The notes under the pieces: model-generated
What the model saw: the letters and a program-made list of their open reading frames with translations, nothing else
The model's database searches: none
Told to the model about the DNA's origin: nothing
Assembly: GCA_024405515.1 (NCBI GenBank)
Contig: JAKSOR010000004.1
Location: 1-53,800, forward strand
Direction of reading: 5' to 3'
Origin: Clostridia bacterium
GTDB taxonomy: Bacteria; Bacillota; Clostridia; Christensenellales; CAG-917
DNA: 53,800 nucleotides
Shown here: in pieces, positions 23,888 to 33,866 of the stretch
Position numbering within the stretch: position 1 is the first letter of the stretch
How the letters are laid out: each line of letters starts with the position of its first letter
Position numbers and translations under genes: made by a program

Positions 23888-25375
23888 TCAGAGTTTAACC
23901 TGAATTTCAAGAGTCAGATAAATAAAATCAAAGCCGCCTTTTTTCTTCCTGGCTGTTTCTTTAAAACCGAGTTTTTCAAGATTTTTAAGGGACGGAATAT
24001 TGTCAAACTGAACAACTGCGCAAAGAACACATGGTGCCATGGTTTTACTAACAAAATTAATCACATACTGGCAAAGGTAATTCGAAAGTCCTTTTTTCTG
24101 ATGATACGGGCATGTCATGATTCCGCTGAATTCAAAGTATTTTATGTCTCTTTCATCCCCGCAGATATTTTTAAGTTCCAGCCCGTACGCCTCATCTTCA
24201 TCCGCGCAGCATGTGCACACGAGGTGATTTTTATAAAAGAGACCGAACATATGGCCGTTTTCAAGAACGCCCTCGAGTTCGTCATCAGTAAAATTCATGA
24301 ACCATTTTTTATCACTGAGTTTGGAAATTCCGCACTTATAAAATGACATTGCCCTGTTAAAATCCTGACTTGCTAATTCCCTGAGTTCATAATCCTCAAA
24401 ACCTGCTGTCTTAATTTCGTCCGTGAGCCAGCTGCTTTCAGAAATATTTGAGATATTTACGGAAGGATTGAAGAAAGGATCATCGTCAAAACAAGGAACC
24501 GGCATTCTCTCCTGGGCATCATTATGGATAAGGACATATTTATCAATTAAAAATGCAGGATTATAGCTGAGTTTTGATTTCCTAAGTCCCTCAATTCCCA
24601 TATCTTCCTGTCGGTTTATATACCTGCATCCTGAAAAATGTCTTACGGCAAATTCATGTGAAAGGAACGAATAGATACCCTCAAATGACGTATCTGCCTT
24701 CTCTACGGTAACCACCGCATTGCCGGATGCCATTATCTCACCGATGGTAAAGCCTGCAAGTTTTCCGTCTATTCTTAAGACATCGCATATGGTGTTCCCT
24801 TTAAGAGATGCCTCAGCCTCGCGTACTATAATCCCGGACTCTTCCTCAGCACTTATTTTCTGATATTCAGTATCAAAGACCTTCCCTTCAAGCCAGGCTT
24901 TTTCAAATTTTAAAATGTCCTCCCTGTCACTTTCAGAGAACGGTCTCATCTCAAAACTGTATAAAGATCTGAACTTTTTTATGTGGTTTCTCTTGCCTGA
25001 ATATTTGCTCCCTTCCTGCCTTATAAAATCTCCGGCATCGTATATATATTCAGACCAGTCTCTTTTTGTAAAAATCTGGAACCTGTCAGAAAGAAGATCC
25101 GCCTTATCCTTTGTAAAAGATGTGAAAGTGCAGTCTTCAGGGAGCCTGCTTAATGCCTCTAAAAAGCTCACACTTCCTTTTGTTAAAGGCGGCCAGTATC
25201 TTAATTTGTCTCCGAAAAATGCCCTGATAAAAAGGCAGTCATCCTCTTCCGCATATTCGGTATCAAACCATATAAGATACCCGTAATATGAAAAATCACT
25301 GCCTGCGTATCCTGAATCTTTCAGGTATGCTGACAGCAATTCTATGTTTTCTTCTGTAAATGGTTTAAAATTCAT
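23888..25375 (-). CDS. DUF2156 (aaPGS C-terminal-like) domain fused to a C-terminal GNAT domain
   Basis: EYIY...GSKYSGKRNHIKKF, VEKAD...GIY, YINRQEDMGIEGLRKSKLSYNP; C-terminal acetyl-CoA motif HQKKGLS...NIPSLKNLEKLGF. Confidence 0.88.
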   Translation of the reverse strand: MNFKPFTEENIELLSAYLKDSGYAGSDFSYYGYLIWFDTEYAEEDDCLFIRAFFGDKLRYWPPLTKGSVSFLEALSRLPEDCTFTSFTKDKADLLSDRFQIFTKRDWSEYIYDAGDFIRQEGSKYSGKRNHIKKFRSLYSFEMRPFSESDREDILKFEKAWLEGKVFDTEYQKISAEEESGIIVREAEASLKGNTICDVLRIDGKLAGFTIGEIMASGNAVVTVEKADTSFEGIYSFLSHEFAVRHFSGCRYINRQEDMGIEGLRKSKLSYNPAFLIDKYVLIHNDAQERMPVPCFDDDPFFNPSVNISNISESSWLTDEIKTAGFEDYELRELASQDFNRAMSFYKCGISKLSDKKWFMNFTDDELEGVLENGHMFGLFYKNHLVCTCCADEDEAYGLELKNICGDERDIKYFEFSGIMTCPYHQKKGLSNYLCQYVINFVSKTMAPCVLCAVVQFDNIPSLKNLEKLGFKETARKKKGGFDFIYLTLEIQVKL

Positions 25376-25845
25376 TATTTGTTCTTTTTCTTTTTAGGTT
25401 CGAATGTCTCAACAGCAAGAGACGGATTCTTCTCCTTTAAAAGTTTAAGAAATTCTTCTTCCCTGCCTTTTTTAAGATTCATCCTGAATGCCATAGGTGG
25501 CTGGGATGGTTTGAAAGCACGGATAATAAGATAGATATCATTTGTTTCGGAATTCTGTTTGATACCGATGATATCCTCATATCTTATTTTATCGACAAAG
25601 AATGCAAGACAGGAATAAAGATCCTTTTCTCTGAACTTGTAAAAGCTGTTTAATACCATCAGAAGTGCAAAGACTGTGATAAGAACTGCAGCTACCATTG
25701 AGACAATGGCAACAGCCGGTGTGGCGGTAATATATTCCTTGCCGACAAGAAGTGCAATATCCACTCCGATAATTGCAACGGATGCTGCTGCAATCAAAGA
25801 AATAAGCACTGTTTTTACTGTTCCGAAAAATTGTCTGAATTTCAT
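25375..25845 (-). CDS. Hypothetical 2-TM membrane protein
   Basis: Two N-terminal hydrophobic helices and a soluble tail; TAATG overlaps on both sides. Confidence 0.8.
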   Translation of the reverse strand: MKFRQFFGTVKTVLISLIAAASVAIIGVDIALLVGKEYITATPAVAIVSMVAAVLITVFALLMVLNSFYKFREKDLYSCLAFFVDKIRYEDIIGIKQNSETNDIYLIIRAFKPSQPPMAFRMNLKKGREEEFLKLLKEKNPSLAVETFEPKKKKNK

Positions 25846-26795
25846 TATTCTATACCCTGATTATGTTTTCTGTATCCGTATTCGGTTGTATCAATAACCG
25901 TGTTCGAATCGATGTAAAAATTCATTCCGTTCATCTTGTAATATCCGACAAGTTCAATAGCTCTTATCATGATGTAATAGACAGGCGGCATAACAATTGA
26001 AAGCAGTCCGAATGTCGGAAAAGCAAATACAACCGCACAGATATAAACAAGTGAGAATGTTATGATGTATGCCTTAAACAGGCACTTTATGTTTGCTTTT
26101 ACGCTTGATAAACTCCTGAAAAAGTTAGTATAAACATTTTCGTCAGGATAGTAAATCATCCTCGGAAGCCACCCTGCAAAAAGCACAGCTCTCGATGCAA
26201 CATAAAGGATTGCGATTAAAAGAGCCAGCGTAAATGCCCATATACCTATCTTCGGGAAAACACCGAAAACAAAGCATGCCTCAATAACAAGGAATACAAT
26301 ATCAAGCGGGAAAGATATAGACAATCTTGCAAGTGAAAACCTTACTGATTTTTTTGCATTCATTGCCATATTTGATGCAAACCCGAAGCTCATATTTGAT
26401 GCCATCTTGTTATTAAGCATATCTGCAACCGGATAGAAAGAAAGCCCTATAAGGAAGCAGTAAAGAGCATAAAGGAATACTCCGGAGAAAGCAACCCCTA
26501 CCATCGTTCCTGCATTGGCAGAAGCGGCTGTAAACACACCTGAGATTTCACTTATAAAATCTCTTAATGCATGCATCGCCGGAAGACCTTCGTAAACAAA
26601 ATCATTCCATGTACCGCTTATTGCCGACACGTAATCAAGAACGTCTGTTGTTGCTGCAAAAGAATTCCAGCAAGGTATCAGAAGCGCACACCCTATACCG
26701 AATGTGATAGCAAGAGATATAAAGTTCCAGACAAGAATTTTCAGTGTCTGGCCCATATTTGTGAAAAGTAGTTCAACAGCGTGCTTGAATTCCAT
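25845..26795 (-). CDS. Hypothetical multi-pass membrane protein
   Basis: 316 aa, about 6 hydrophobic segments; TAATG-coupled to valS. Confidence 0.82.
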   Translation of the reverse strand: MEFKHAVELLFTNMGQTLKILVWNFISLAITFGIGCALLIPCWNSFAATTDVLDYVSAISGTWNDFVYEGLPAMHALRDFISEISGVFTAASANAGTMVGVAFSGVFLYALYCFLIGLSFYPVADMLNNKMASNMSFGFASNMAMNAKKSVRFSLARLSISFPLDIVFLVIEACFVFGVFPKIGIWAFTLALLIAILYVASRAVLFAGWLPRMIYYPDENVYTNFFRSLSSVKANIKCLFKAYIITFSLVYICAVVFAFPTFGLLSIVMPPVYYIMIRAIELVGYYKMNGMNFYIDSNTVIDTTEYGYRKHNQGIE

Positions 26796-29413
26796 TATTC
26801 GAACATTTTAAGCTTATCCTGAAGCTTGATGAGTTTTTCTTTTGCTGCAGCGAGTTTCTCTTTTTCACCATCAACAAGTTTCTGAGGTGCTTTTGCTACG
26901 AATCCCTTATTTGCAAGAAGATTTTCCGTCTTTAAGATAACTGCCTCAGTCTGTGCAATTTCATCTTTGATTCTTGCAATTTCCTTATCTTTATCAATAA
27001 GGTCGCCTAAAGGAATATAAAGTTCTGCGCCTGCTGTGACAAGTGCTGATACCTGTTCTTGAATGGAATCCTTATTTTCGATAATCATTACATTGTTGAT
27101 TCCGCAGAGTTTTTCAAAGAAAGGAGTTACGGATTTAATATATGCCGGATCCTTTGCAATGATGTATGCGGAGATTCTCTTGGATGGCTGGAGATTCATT
27201 TCATTTCTCATATTACGTACTGCAATAACAATCTCCTGAAGTTCCTCAAAGTTCTTTGCTTCCTTTCTGAAGACAAGACGCTTGTTATATGACGGCCATT
27301 CCTGAATCATAAGCACACTGCCCTTCGGTGCAAACTTGGAATAGATTTCCTCAGTGATAAACGGAATAAACGGATGCAGAAGCTTTAAGATTTCAGTGAG
27401 AACGTAAACAAGCATTGCAATTGCATGCTGATGCTGTTTCTTATCTTCTGAATAAAGCTGCGGCTTTGAGATTTCAATGAACCAGTCACAGAATTCAGTC
27501 CAAACAAAATCATATAAAGTTGCTGCTGCAATTCCGATTTCATATTTATTAAGATTGATTGTGACTTCCTTGATTACATCATTGAGTCTTGTTAATATCC
27601 ACTTGTCATTTCCGTTAAGTCTTGACGGGAACTCGAGGCTGTCATCATCTTTTATGTTCATGATAACAAATCTTGATGCATTCCAGAGTTTGTTTACGAA
27701 GTTTCTGCAGCTCTCAATCTTTCCTTCCGAGAAACGTGTGTCACTTCCAGGAGCAATACCCTGTGCAAGTGAGAAACGGAGAGCATCTGCGCCGTATTTA
27801 TCGATAATCTCAAGAGGATCAACGCCGTTTCCTAATGATTTGGACATCTTTCTTCCCTGTGAGTCTCTTACGATACCGTGAATGAGGACCTGTGAGAACG
27901 GTGGCTCTTCCATGAACTCAATTCCGCTGAACATCATTCTTGCTACCCAGAAGAAAATAATATCGTATGCTGTTACAAGAACGTTTGTAGGATAGAAATA
28001 ACTTAAGTTCTTGTTTTTCTTCGGATAACCGAGTGTGCTGAACGGCCAGAGTGCTGATGAGAACCATGTATCAAGAACGTCTTCATCCTGATGCATCTTT
28101 CCGCCACACTTCGGACATGTATCCACCTTTGTCTTGGAAACTACCATCTCACCGCAGTCATCGCAGTAATATGCAGGAATTCTGTGTCCCCACCAGAGCT
28201 GACGTGAAATACACCAGTCTTTGATATTTTCCATCCAGTTGAAATATGTCTTTTCAAATCTCTGAGGAACAAATACTGTCTTTTTGCTCTTTACAGCCTT
28301 GATAGCAGGTTCAGCAAGAGGCTTCATCTTAACAAACCACTGTTTTGAAACAATTGCTTCAACTGTCTCATGGCAGCGGTAACATGTTCCTACGTTATGT
28401 GCATAAGGTTCAATCTTAACGAGAAGGCCGAGTTTATCAAGATCTTCGACAACAGCCTGTCTGCATGAGAGTCTGTCCATCCCCTTGTATTTGCCGGCAT
28501 TCTCGTTCATAAGGCCGTCTTCGCCTATACAGCTGATGACTTCAAGATTGTGTCTTAAACCGAGTTCAAAGTCGTTAGGGTCATGGGCCGGAGTGATTTT
28601 TACAGCACCGGTACCGAAACCGATTTCGCAGTAATCATCGCCTACTACAGGAATTACTCTGTCTGTTAACGGAAGCTGAACCATCTTTCCGATGAATCTG
28701 TTCATCTTCTCATCTTTCGGGTTAACAGCAACTGCTGTGTCTCCGAGCATTGTTTCAGGTCTTGTTGTTGCGATAACGATTGCATCATCCTCGCCGACTA
28801 CCGGATATTTATAATACCAGAGATTACTTGGCTGCTCTTCGTATTCGACTTCTGCATCTGATAAAGCTGTTCTGCAGTGAGGACACCAGTTGATAATTCT
28901 GTTTCCTCTGTAAATAAGACCTTTTTTGTAATATCTTACGAATGATTCAAGAACTGAATTAGAGCAGTTCTCATCCATTGTGAATGCTTCTTTTGACCAG
29001 TCACAGCTTGTGCCTAATCTCTTTAACTGTTCAACTATTCTTCCGCCGTACTGTTTTTTCCAGTCCCATGCTCTTACTAAGAATTCATCACGGCCGATAT
29101 CCTCTTTCTTAAGTCCTTCGGCTTTTAATTTGTCGACAATTTTGACCTCTGTTGCAATTGATGCATGGTCTGTTCCAGGGACCCATAAAGTCTCAAAGCC
29201 GCTCATTCTCTTGAAACGGATGATGATATCCTGAAGAGTATTATTGAGAGCATGACCCATATGAAGCTGTCCCGTAATATTCGGAGGCGGCATAACAATT
29301 GTGAAAGGTTCTTTGTCCGGATTCGGATGAGCCTCAAAATATTTGCCTTTAATCCACATGTTGTAGATTTTCTGTTCAAACTCTGGATTATAAGTTTTTT
29401 CCATATTGTCCAT
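26795..29413 (-). CDS. valS: Valine--tRNA ligase
   Basis: PPPNITGQLHMGH, DWCISRQLWWGH, KMSKS, C-terminal coiled coil. Confidence 0.98.
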   Translation of the reverse strand: MDNMEKTYNPEFEQKIYNMWIKGKYFEAHPNPDKEPFTIVMPPPNITGQLHMGHALNNTLQDIIIRFKRMSGFETLWVPGTDHASIATEVKIVDKLKAEGLKKEDIGRDEFLVRAWDWKKQYGGRIVEQLKRLGTSCDWSKEAFTMDENCSNSVLESFVRYYKKGLIYRGNRIINWCPHCRTALSDAEVEYEEQPSNLWYYKYPVVGEDDAIVIATTRPETMLGDTAVAVNPKDEKMNRFIGKMVQLPLTDRVIPVVGDDYCEIGFGTGAVKITPAHDPNDFELGLRHNLEVISCIGEDGLMNENAGKYKGMDRLSCRQAVVEDLDKLGLLVKIEPYAHNVGTCYRCHETVEAIVSKQWFVKMKPLAEPAIKAVKSKKTVFVPQRFEKTYFNWMENIKDWCISRQLWWGHRIPAYYCDDCGEMVVSKTKVDTCPKCGGKMHQDEDVLDTWFSSALWPFSTLGYPKKNKNLSYFYPTNVLVTAYDIIFFWVARMMFSGIEFMEEPPFSQVLIHGIVRDSQGRKMSKSLGNGVDPLEIIDKYGADALRFSLAQGIAPGSDTRFSEGKIESCRNFVNKLWNASRFVIMNIKDDDSLEFPSRLNGNDKWILTRLNDVIKEVTINLNKYEIGIAAATLYDFVWTEFCDWFIEISKPQLYSEDKKQHQHAIAMLVYVLTEILKLLHPFIPFITEEIYSKFAPKGSVLMIQEWPSYNKRLVFRKEAKNFEELQEIVIAVRNMRNEMNLQPSKRISAYIIAKDPAYIKSVTPFFEKLCGINNVMIIENKDSIQEQVSALVTAGAELYIPLGDLIDKDKEIARIKDEIAQTEAVILKTENLLANKGFVAKAPQKLVDGEKEKLAAAKEKLIKLQDKLKMFE

Positions 29414-29450
29414 AATATATTTACTCCTAAGCGCCTAATGCGTTATGAAA

Positions 29451-30212
29451 TTAGTCTTTGTTTTCTTCAGCCTGAACGTTGAGTTCAAGTTCTTTGCCTT
29501 CGGCAACATTCTGCTGATCCTGCATTTTTACTGCTTCTGATGTTGCAGCTTCCATCTTGCCTTCTTTTACGAGTTTAACTGCCCTGAAAGTCTGTTTAGC
29601 ATAACTTATTGCAGCTGCATAGTTCATTACAATACCCCATGCAAGGATACCCCAGTCTGCATAACCGACATACTGATGGAAGAATCCGAGAATTACACCG
29701 ATAGATACTGTGAATGATGAGACTTTACCGAGCCAGTTTGCTTTAACTGTTGCACCTTTTCTCATTACGATAATGGCAATGATTATCTGAATAAGTTCCT
29801 TTGTTACAATGGCAATAACAAATCCGTAGTGAACGAACCAAGGGCTTGTGACCGTAACACCAGGTATAAATGACTGTCCGACCATATTCTGGCCAAGAGG
29901 TGTGAGACCGGTACAGAGTGAGAGACAGAAGAGTACTGATACGTGCATAAGTTTGTCTGCTACAGGATCAAGTGCCATACCTATACCGCTCTGCATATTG
30001 AATCTTCTTGCAATCCATCCGTCCAGGATATCTGAACCTGATGCAAAAAGGAATACTCCGAATGCCCAGTAGAAAAGTGTGATATCATCCCTGACTCCGC
30101 CAAGTCCCATAAGAACGCAGAATGCAGGAACGCATAAAATACGGAAGTATGTGATGATGTTAGGAATTGTGAATAATTCTTTTGAATCGAGCTGTCCGAT
30201 TTTAATTGCCAT
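29451..30212 (-). CDS. CDP-alcohol phosphatidyltransferase (PgsA-like or CMP-forming cardiolipin-synthase-like)
   Basis: TIPNIIT..R and DILDGWIARRFNMQSGIGMALDPVADK signature; ATG 30212 with AAGGAG RBS. Confidence 0.9.
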   Translation of the reverse strand: MAIKIGQLDSKELFTIPNIITYFRILCVPAFCVLMGLGGVRDDITLFYWAFGVFLFASGSDILDGWIARRFNMQSGIGMALDPVADKLMHVSVLFCLSLCTGLTPLGQNMVGQSFIPGVTVTSPWFVHYGFVIAIVTKELIQIIIAIIVMRKGATVKANWLGKVSSFTVSIGVILGFFHQYVGYADWGILAWGIVMNYAAAISYAKQTFRAVKLVKEGKMEAATSEAVKMQDQQNVAEGKELELNVQAEENKD

Positions 30213-30263
30213 AATGTTTCTCCTTATGTGCGTGCGCCTACCCGAGCGCATAATACAAAGATT

Positions 30264-30292
30264 AGTTTACCATAAATTATAAATAAAGTAAA
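30264..30292 (-). promoter_or_regulatory. Promoter for the pgsA-like/valS operon
   Basis: TTTACT-17 bp-TAAACT with a TG extension. Confidence 0.5.
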
Positions 30293-30313
30293 ATTAAAAC
30301 TTGGGTATCTATA

Positions 30314-30343
30314 CAAAAATAAGAACCCGGAATCGGGTTCTTA
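30314..30343 (-). terminator. Terminator after SGNH esterase
   Basis: TAAGAACCCG-4 nt-CGGGTTCTTA plus a T-tract. Confidence 0.85.
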
Positions 30344-30362
30344 AATATAAGATTTGGTTAGT

Positions 30363-31094
30363 TTACTTAATGACGTTATAAACTGTTTCTGCAATAAGTG
30401 CAGCACCTTTATCATTCGGGTGGATTTTATCCATATAATACATATTGCCTTCAGCTGCCTCAAATACAGGATAAAGATCAATAACTGTTGCACCTGTTGC
30501 TGCTGCGACTCTAATTACTCCGTTATGGATTTCGTTTTTGACTATATCATTTCTTAAAAGGGCTGCATCAGCTGTTCTTGGAGGGCACATGATATAAACC
30601 GTCGGATTAGATGGCAGGTTTTTATATGAATTAATCATTTCTATATATTCATTCACATATGTATCCTCATCAATCCAGTTCATAGGTTTTGTATCATTTG
30701 TTCCGAGCATGATAACTAAAATATCCGGATTGAAATCAAGGCTCTGCTGATATAATTTTTCATCTCTGTACGGCTTATTTCCTGTAGATAATAAGGTACG
30801 GTCTGAATAACCATAGTTATTTACGCAGTACTCATCGCCTAAAAGTTTATTAAGTACAACAGGATACTGATTATCGACCCAGCCTTTTACACCGTGTCCG
30901 TATGTGATACTGTCCCCTACGCATGCCACTTTAATCTGACCTTCTTTTGCAGGTCTTTCATAGTGCGCAAAAAGAAGAATTCCGTTTGCAAACATTGCCG
31001 GAACAACTATGCAGAAAAATACTGCAATAAACTCAACTATTCCGAGAATTATACCTATTAATGCTTTCTCTTTTTTAATGCTCATTTCTTTCAT
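30363..31094 (-). CDS. Membrane-anchored GDSL/SGNH esterase
   Basis: GDSITYG, LGTND, DKIHPN; N-terminal TM helix. Confidence 0.9.
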   Translation of the reverse strand: MKEMSIKKEKALIGIILGIVEFIAVFFCIVVPAMFANGILLFAHYERPAKEGQIKVACVGDSITYGHGVKGWVDNQYPVVLNKLLGDEYCVNNYGYSDRTLLSTGNKPYRDEKLYQQSLDFNPDILVIMLGTNDTKPMNWIDEDTYVNEYIEMINSYKNLPSNPTVYIMCPPRTADAALLRNDIVKNEIHNGVIRVAAATGATVIDLYPVFEAAEGNMYYMDKIHPNDKGAALIAETVYNVIK

Positions 31095-31993
31095 AATTCA
31101 AATGGTGTTACCTGGTATACATAGTAGTTCAGCCAGTTATAGAACAAAAGATTAGCTGTTGACTTCCATGACATATTGATATTATCCAAATCTCCGTTAA
31201 CGAAATAATTAACCGGTTCCTCAATATCTAGACCTTTGTTTTTATCTCTTAAATATTCCTTCTTTAATGTTTCCCTGTCATATTCACTGTGCCCGGTAAA
31301 GAAGAATGACTTATTATCGTGGGTTTTGCAGATGGCTATACCTGAGATATCAGACTCAGCGAGAATTATTATGTCCTTGCATTTTCTCACTGCATCCTCA
31401 TCCACTCTTGTATGACGTGAGTTAGGAATATAAAAAACATCATCCATTCCCTTTAAAAGCATGTCATGTTCAACTACTGTATGAACCGGGAAAATACCGA
31501 ACATCTTTTTAGGAAGAACTTCCTTACCGATACCGAACTTATGGTACAGTGCAGCCTGGGCTCCCCAGCATATATAAATAGTGGATGTAACATTCGTTTC
31601 AGCAAAATCCATTATTTCAGTAAGCTCTTTCCAGTACTTAACATCCTCAAATGGTATTGTTTCGACAGGAGCGCCTGTAACAATCATTCCGTCGAACTTA
31701 AGCTTTTTGACATCATCAATATCTTTGTAGAACCTGTTAAGATGATCCTCGGATGTATGAGTAGGAGCATAGGATGCCGTTTTGATAAATGTGATATTTA
31801 CCTGCAAAGGAGAATTGCCGAGCAGTCTTAAGAGCTGAGTCTCGGTTTCTTCTTTGGTAGGCATAAGATTGAGGATTGCTATCTCTATAGGACGGATGTC
31901 CTGGTTAGCAGCCCTTGTCTTATCCATTATGAATATTTTTTCATTTGTCAGATTTGCATAAGCCGGCAAATCTTTCGGAATAATAATTGGCAT
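31091..31993 (-). CDS. metA: Homoserine O-acyltransferase (MetA family, probably the acetyltransferase type)
   Basis: DIRP.EIAILNLMP, TGAPVE, ICWGAQA, GHSEY, NWLNYYVYQ.TP. Confidence 0.96.
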   Translation of the reverse strand: MPIIIPKDLPAYANLTNEKIFIMDKTRAANQDIRPIEIAILNLMPTKEETETQLLRLLGNSPLQVNITFIKTASYAPTHTSEDHLNRFYKDIDDVKKLKFDGMIVTGAPVETIPFEDVKYWKELTEIMDFAETNVTSTIYICWGAQAALYHKFGIGKEVLPKKMFGIFPVHTVVEHDMLLKGMDDVFYIPNSRHTRVDEDAVRKCKDIIILAESDISGIAICKTHDNKSFFFTGHSEYDRETLKKEYLRDKNKGLDIEEPVNYFVNGDLDNINMSWKSTANLLFYNWLNYYVYQVTPFEL

Positions 31994-32002
31994 GTTGTTT
32001 CC

Positions 32003-33286
32003 TTATTTATTGATTATTGTTAATGCATTATCGATATCTGCAATTAAGTCATCAGCATTTTCAAGACCGCATGAAAGTCTTACAAGATCCGGAGATACGC
32101 CTGCTGCGTATAATTCCTCATCAGACATCTGACGGTGTGTTGCGCTTGCCGGATGCAGACAGCATGATTTTGCATCTGCTACGTGTGTTTCAATTGCTAC
32201 GAGTTTCAGCTCTTTCATGAATGCCTCAGCAGCTGCTCTTCCGCCCTTTACTCCGAATGAAACGACGCCGCATGTGCCGTTAGGACAGTATTTCTGTGCA
32301 AGGCCATAGTTCTTGTCTCCTTCAAGACCCGGATATGTTACCCAAGAGATTCTAGGATCATTTTTAAGGAATGTAGCAACTTTGAGTCCGTTCTCACAGT
32401 GACGTGCTACTCTTACATGAAGACTCTCAAGTCCTAAATTTACATAGAATGCATTCTGAGGACTCTGAATTGAACCGAAGTCTCTCATAAGCTGGGATGT
32501 TGCCTTTGTGATAAATGCCTTGTTTCCAAATTTTGTTGCATATGTTATTCCGTGATAACTTTCATCCGGTGTTGTGAGACCAGGATACTTGTCGGCATAT
32601 TTCATCCAGTCAAAGTTTCCGCTGTCAATAATGGCACCGCCTACTGATGTTCCGTGGCCGTCGATATATTTTGTTGTTGAATGTGTGACAATATCTGCAC
32701 CCCATTCAATCGGTCTGCAGTTAATCGGTGTTGCGAATGTATTATCAACAATGAGCGGTACACCGTGTTTGTGTGCAACCTTTGCAAAGAGTTCGATATC
32801 AAACATTGTAAGTGCCGGATTTGCGATTGTCTCACCGAAAACAGCTTTTGTATTAGGTCTGAATGCAGCCTCTATTTCCTCCTCTGTTGAGTTTGGGGAA
32901 ATAAATGTGAAATCAATACCCATTTTCTTCATTGTTACGGAGAAAAGATTGAATGTTCCGCCATAAATTGTGGAAGTTGAGATTACATGGTCACCGCAGT
33001 TGGCAATATTAAATACTGCGAAGAAATTTGCTGCCTGACCTGAAGAAGTGAGCATTCCGGATGTACCGCCCTCAAGTTCTGCGAGTTTTGCAGCTACCAT
33101 ATCATTTGTCGGATTCTGAAGTCTTGTGTAAAAATAACCTTCAGCCTCAAGATCAAATAACTTTGCCATATCAGCAGATGTATCATACTTGAATGTTGTA
33201 CTCTGGATGATAGGAACCTGTCTCGGTTCACCGTTCTTCGGGGTGTATCCGCCCTGAACACATATTGTTTCAATTCTTTTTTTCAT
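32003..33286 (-). CDS. metY: O-acetylhomoserine aminocarboxypropyltransferase (sulfhydrylase)
   Basis: YTRLQNPT, SSGQAA, DNTFATP, PLP-lysine HSTTKY, HPASATHRQ; adjacent to metA. Confidence 0.93.
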   Translation of the reverse strand: MKKRIETICVQGGYTPKNGEPRQVPIIQSTTFKYDTSADMAKLFDLEAEGYFYTRLQNPTNDMVAAKLAELEGGTSGMLTSSGQAANFFAVFNIANCGDHVISTSTIYGGTFNLFSVTMKKMGIDFTFISPNSTEEEIEAAFRPNTKAVFGETIANPALTMFDIELFAKVAHKHGVPLIVDNTFATPINCRPIEWGADIVTHSTTKYIDGHGTSVGGAIIDSGNFDWMKYADKYPGLTTPDESYHGITYATKFGNKAFITKATSQLMRDFGSIQSPQNAFYVNLGLESLHVRVARHCENGLKVATFLKNDPRISWVTYPGLEGDKNYGLAQKYCPNGTCGVVSFGVKGGRAAAEAFMKELKLVAIETHVADAKSCCLHPASATHRQMSDEELYAAGVSPDLVRLSCGLENADDLIADIDNALTIINK

Positions 33287-33300
33287 AATCTATCTCCTGA

Positions 33301-33750
33301 TTATTTGTATTCTTTCATAATTCGCTGAACATTTCTCTGGTTTTCCTTGTCCTTAATAGCCTGTCTCTTGTCATGAAGTTCTTTTCCTTTGCAGAGTCCG
33401 AGTTCTACTTTGACAAGTGCATCTTTGAAATAAACCTTCAGTGGTACAAGAGTGTACCCTTTCTGTTCAGTCTTTGCTCTGAGTTTTCTTATCTCAGCTT
33501 TGTTTAGAAGAAGTTTTCTTGTTCTTTTGGAATCCACATTATTGTAACTTCCCATCTTATACGGTGAAATGTGGACATTAAGCATAAAAACCTCACCGTT
33601 TTTTATTATGGCAAAACTGTCCTTGAGATTGATATTGCCGAGTCTGATTGATTTGACTTCGCAGCCTACAAGAACAATACCTGCTTCATAGGTATCCTCA
33701 ACAAAGTATTCATGGTATGCCTGTTTATTTGTTGCGATAAGTTTTTCCAT
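33301..33750 (-). CDS. smpB: SsrA-binding protein
   Basis: NKQAYHEY, EAGIVLVGCEVKSIR, RTRKLLL, GKELHDKR. ATG 33750 (alternative TTG 33756). Confidence 0.98.
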   Translation of the reverse strand: MEKLIATNKQAYHEYFVEDTYEAGIVLVGCEVKSIRLGNINLKDSFAIIKNGEVFMLNVHISPYKMGSYNNVDSKRTRKLLLNKAEIRKLRAKTEQKGYTLVPLKVYFKDALVKVELGLCKGKELHDKRQAIKDKENQRNVQRIMKEYK

Positions 33751-33758
33751 ATTCAAAT

Positions 33759-33788
33759 ATTATATAATAATATACCCCTCATATACAA
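33759..33788 (-). promoter_or_regulatory. Promoter immediately upstream of smpB
   Basis: TTGTAT-18 bp-TATAAT ending 8 nt before the ATG. Confidence 0.5.
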
Positions 33789-33817
33789 GTGATTATTAAA
33801 TTCTTATTTTCTCGCTG

Positions 33818-33846
33818 AGAAAATAAAAGCGGCCCTTCCGGACCGC
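33818..33846 (-). terminator. Terminator after secG
   Basis: GCGGTCC-GGAA-GGGCCGC then TTTTATTTT. Confidence 0.75.
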
Positions 33847-33866
33847 CTCAGTTTTCATTTTTATAA

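Noticed and set aside
23879-24346. 155-aa plus-strand ORF
   Set aside because: Antisense to the GNAT domain of the DUF2156 fusion; no recognisable features.
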